Assembly: GCA_902791675.1 (NCBI GenBank)
Contig: CADAWW010000005.1
Location: 1-45,073, forward strand
Direction: 5' to 3'
Source of the DNA: an uncultured Bacteroidales bacterium
Lineage (GTDB): Bacteria > Bacteroidota > Bacteroidia > Bacteroidales > Bacteroidaceae
Length of the DNA: 45,073 nucleotides
Part shown: positions 43,075-45,073 of the stretch, in pieces
How the letters are laid out: each line of letters opens with the position of its first letter
Numbering within the stretch: the first letter of the stretch is position 1
Notes under the pieces: model-generated
What the model was told of the DNA's origin: nothing
Databases searched by the model: none
Seen by the model: the letters and a program-made list of their open reading frames with translations, nothing else
Made by a program: the position numbers and the translations under genes

Positions 43075-43613
43075 TTTGCATTCACTGTAAAGCGCACTGA
43101 ACCATTTGCACTTCCGTAAGCTGCACTGGAGGTGGAGTATATATAGCCTGATGCGCTACCTGATTCATAATTGCTACCATCTGACACCTGAATGCCCTCG
43201 CCACTAAAAGCGTAGGTGGCGCTGAACTTAACAGTAGAAGGTCCCAAGGCTTTAACCGGAACAGTAAATTGGAAAGTAGGGTCAAAGTTGCCATCCACAT
43301 AACCATCATAATTGGTATGGTAGGATTTCTTGATTGTATCATTCTTCCAAGAGCCGTCTTCTTGTTCAACTGGAATGATGGCCGTCCAATTATAGGTAGT
43401 GGCATTTATAAGATGACCCTTTTGGTCTTGCATAGCAATAACAGTAATTTTATCGCCTGCAAAAATGCCTGTTCTTGGATTCACTTCTTGGGCGTTACTT
43501 GTAAATTGAAAACCTTTCCATGTAGGAGGATAGGAGGAATAATCATTCTTCTTACAAGAAGATAATGATATTAGTATGCATGTTAAAACAACGAATAATG
43601 AATAGTGTTTCAT
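43071..43613 (-). CDS. Small lipoprotein, function unknown
   Basis: Lipobox SLSSCKK in a 180-aa beta-rich sequence. ATGA-type 4-nt overlaps with both maf upstream and the 614-aa gene downstream imply translational coupling. Confidence 0.6.
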   Translation of the reverse strand: MKHYSLFVVLTCILISLSSCKKNDYSSYPPTWKGFQFTSNAQEVNPRTGIFAGDKITVIAMQDQKGHLINATTYNWTAIIPVEQEDGSWKNDTIKKSYHTNYDGYVDGNFDPTFQFTVPVKALGPSTVKFSATYAFSGEGIQVSDGSNYESGSASGYIYSTSSAAYGSANGSVRFTVNAK

Positions 43614-44164
43614 ATCTTTATGTTTAATTTTTTCAGTTCTGAATACAAACGTTGTACAGGTAATCCCATTACATTAAAGTATGAACCCTCAAGGCGAGAT
43701 ACACCAATATAACCTATCCATTCTTGAATACCATAGGCGCCGGCTTTATCAAATGGGTGATAATTCTTTACATAATAATCAATCTCCTCTTCGGTAAGTT
43801 GGCTAAAAGAAACATGGCTGGTACAAGAGAATGAATGTGCCCATCCTGAAGTTTTTATAGTTACACCCGTTATAACCTGATGAGTCCGGCCGGATAGCAT
43901 GGAGAGCATATGACAGGCTTCTGTATAATTTTTTGGTTTGCCCAGCACCTGATTATCCAGACAAACTATGGTATCAGCTGTAATTAGGAGTTCTGAATCA
44001 GCAAGTGTATAGGCTTCTGCTTTCTTTTGGCTGATGAAAACAGGAATCTCAGCTACGGGGAGATTGTGGGGGTATGATTCATCGATGCCGTCAACAACGC
44101 GAACTTCGTACGATACTCCTAAACCAGCAAGCAACTCGTGCCGTCTGGGCGAGTTGCTTGCCAA
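43610..44164 (-). CDS. maf: Maf-like nucleoside triphosphate pyrophosphatase
   Basis: ASNSPRRHELLAGLG...ADTIV...KP...AGAYGIQ are Maf signatures. The track start is a TTG. The conserved beta-1 residues (YKIIL) lie upstream in the same frame with no ATG, so the true start may be a non-canonical codon as far up as 44191. Confidence 0.82.
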   Translation of the reverse strand: MASNSPRRHELLAGLGVSYEVRVVDGIDESYPHNLPVAEIPVFISQKKAEAYTLADSELLITADTIVCLDNQVLGKPKNYTEACHMLSMLSGRTHQVITGVTIKTSGWAHSFSCTSHVSFSQLTEEEIDYYVKNYHPFDKAGAYGIQEWIGYIGVSRLEGSYFNVMGLPVQRLYSELKKLNIKI

Positions 44165-44197
44165 TATGATTTTATAATCTTTCGTGGGAATCTGGTT

Positions 44198-45007
44198 TTA
44201 TTTGTTTACAACAACCTTCATGCCCTTGATAACATAGATACCCCTGGGAAGGGACTGCATGGCCTTGTTTATATTTGTGTTAGCCTTAACCATTGCACCC
44301 TGAGCGTTGTAAATGTCAACAACAGCATTCTGCGACTGTAATTCCCTGATGCAGGTCTCCTGGCCGGCAACGTCTGTAATGTGCTTAATCTCCAGTGCCT
44401 GAGCTGTTACGCTCTTTGCATCCCATGTAAATCCGCAACGGGTGGGAAGGAATGTCTTGTCACCGTTTGTGCAGATGAGAATGCTCTGCAACTCGTCAGT
44501 TTCCTGCATAGCGGGAATACCGTAACGCCCTTCAACCTGAACGCTTTCCCAACTGCTGCCAAAGGTTATCTGGTTGCCTTCTGCATCTGTCTTTGTTATG
44601 CACTTAATGGCTGTGTTTACACCTTCAGATTCTGTGCTGTTAGCACGTAATGTCTGGAAAGTGGGGGAGTAGATGAGGTAGGGAACACCAGCTTCGATAC
44701 CTTCATTTGTACAATCCAAAAAGTACAGATTCAGCGTACTTCCCTCTTGACCAATAGAGATGAGACGTTCTACTTGAACACCCTTGGCAGCTGCTTGCAA
44801 CTGCTCTGCAGAAAGACTCATTGGAAGACAGATACTATTGTAGCCGGCAAACAGAGTGCGGTTAATCTGAACGGGCAGTTCTTCATCGTTAAGTAGACTT
44901 ACATTCAGGGTCGTACCTGATGTGTATAAATTCTTTACTCTATTCTGTGCAAATGTTTGAGAACAGAAAGCGGCAAAAGCCACTAATGCGAGTGTAAAAT
45001 GTTTCAT
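44198..45007 (-). CDS. Secreted protein with a T9SS (Por) C-terminal sorting domain
   Basis: Signal peptide MKHFTLALVAFAAFCSQTFAQ. The C-terminal ~70 aa end ...VDIYNAQGAMVKANTNINKAMQSLPRGIYVIKGMKVVVNK, typical of type A T9SS CTDs. Confidence 0.65.
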   Translation of the reverse strand: MKHFTLALVAFAAFCSQTFAQNRVKNLYTSGTTLNVSLLNDEELPVQINRTLFAGYNSICLPMSLSAEQLQAAAKGVQVERLISIGQEGSTLNLYFLDCTNEGIEAGVPYLIYSPTFQTLRANSTESEGVNTAIKCITKTDAEGNQITFGSSWESVQVEGRYGIPAMQETDELQSILICTNGDKTFLPTRCGFTWDAKSVTAQALEIKHITDVAGQETCIRELQSQNAVVDIYNAQGAMVKANTNINKAMQSLPRGIYVIKGMKVVVNK

Positions 45008-45073
45008 ATCTCTGTAATTTTATGGTTTACGACTGCAATATTACAAATTCTCTCTTGAATAACAAAATGTTAT

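Overview
This is a chromosomal, mostly housekeeping window from a Bacteroidota genome, probably Prevotella/Segatella-like. That guess rests on TAnnTTTG -7 promoter boxes upstream of most transcription units (none found for purT, aspS, the EEP gene or the RNase E/G gene), absent Shine-Dalgarno sequences, many lipoprotein signals, and a T9SS C-terminal sorting domain. I call 39 protein-coding genes: one is truncated at the left edge, and one is a 29-aa gene missing from the ORF track. There are also two identical tandem tRNA-Lys(CTT) genes, several rho-independent terminator hairpins and a few short tandem repeats.

Layout:
- Positions 869-10632 hold an 8-gene minus-strand replication/repair/cofactor array: dnaN, a DEDDh exonuclease, coaBC, DUF4835, recN, a TPR protein, tilS and a zinc-ribbon protein.
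- Next come a DUF3127 gene and a three-gene RND efflux operon.
- The middle holds rho, an ABC-F gene, a GT2 gene, rarA, purT, an amidase with a SPOR domain, a LOG-like gene and an EEP phosphoesterase.
- These are followed by two uncharacterised divergent genes, a TrmH-family gene, a TamA/BamA-like gene, an MBL hydrolase, the tRNA pair, aspS, an RNase E/G gene and mutY.
- The window ends with a minus-strand cluster: T9SS cargo, maf, a lipoprotein, a GH99-like protein and GH43.

I see no transposase, integrase, CRISPR array, toxin-antitoxin pair or recognisable defence island, and I cannot support a discrete new multi-gene system. The best leads are single-gene or sub-genic oddities:
- The DUF3127 protein has SSB-like architecture and an ...EDLPF tip.
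- The RND pump carries an inserted two-helix transmembrane hairpin in its periplasmic porter domain.
- An untracked 29-aa bS22/AURKAIP1-type ribosomal protein gene sits upstream of the RNase E/G gene.
- The disordered insertion of Rho contains perfect 33-bp tandem repeats.
- A 32-bp promoter cassette recurs three times.
- Heptamer repeats lie in a divergent promoter.
- maf has no ATG for its conserved N-terminus.

All product calls come from motifs read by eye. No database search was run.
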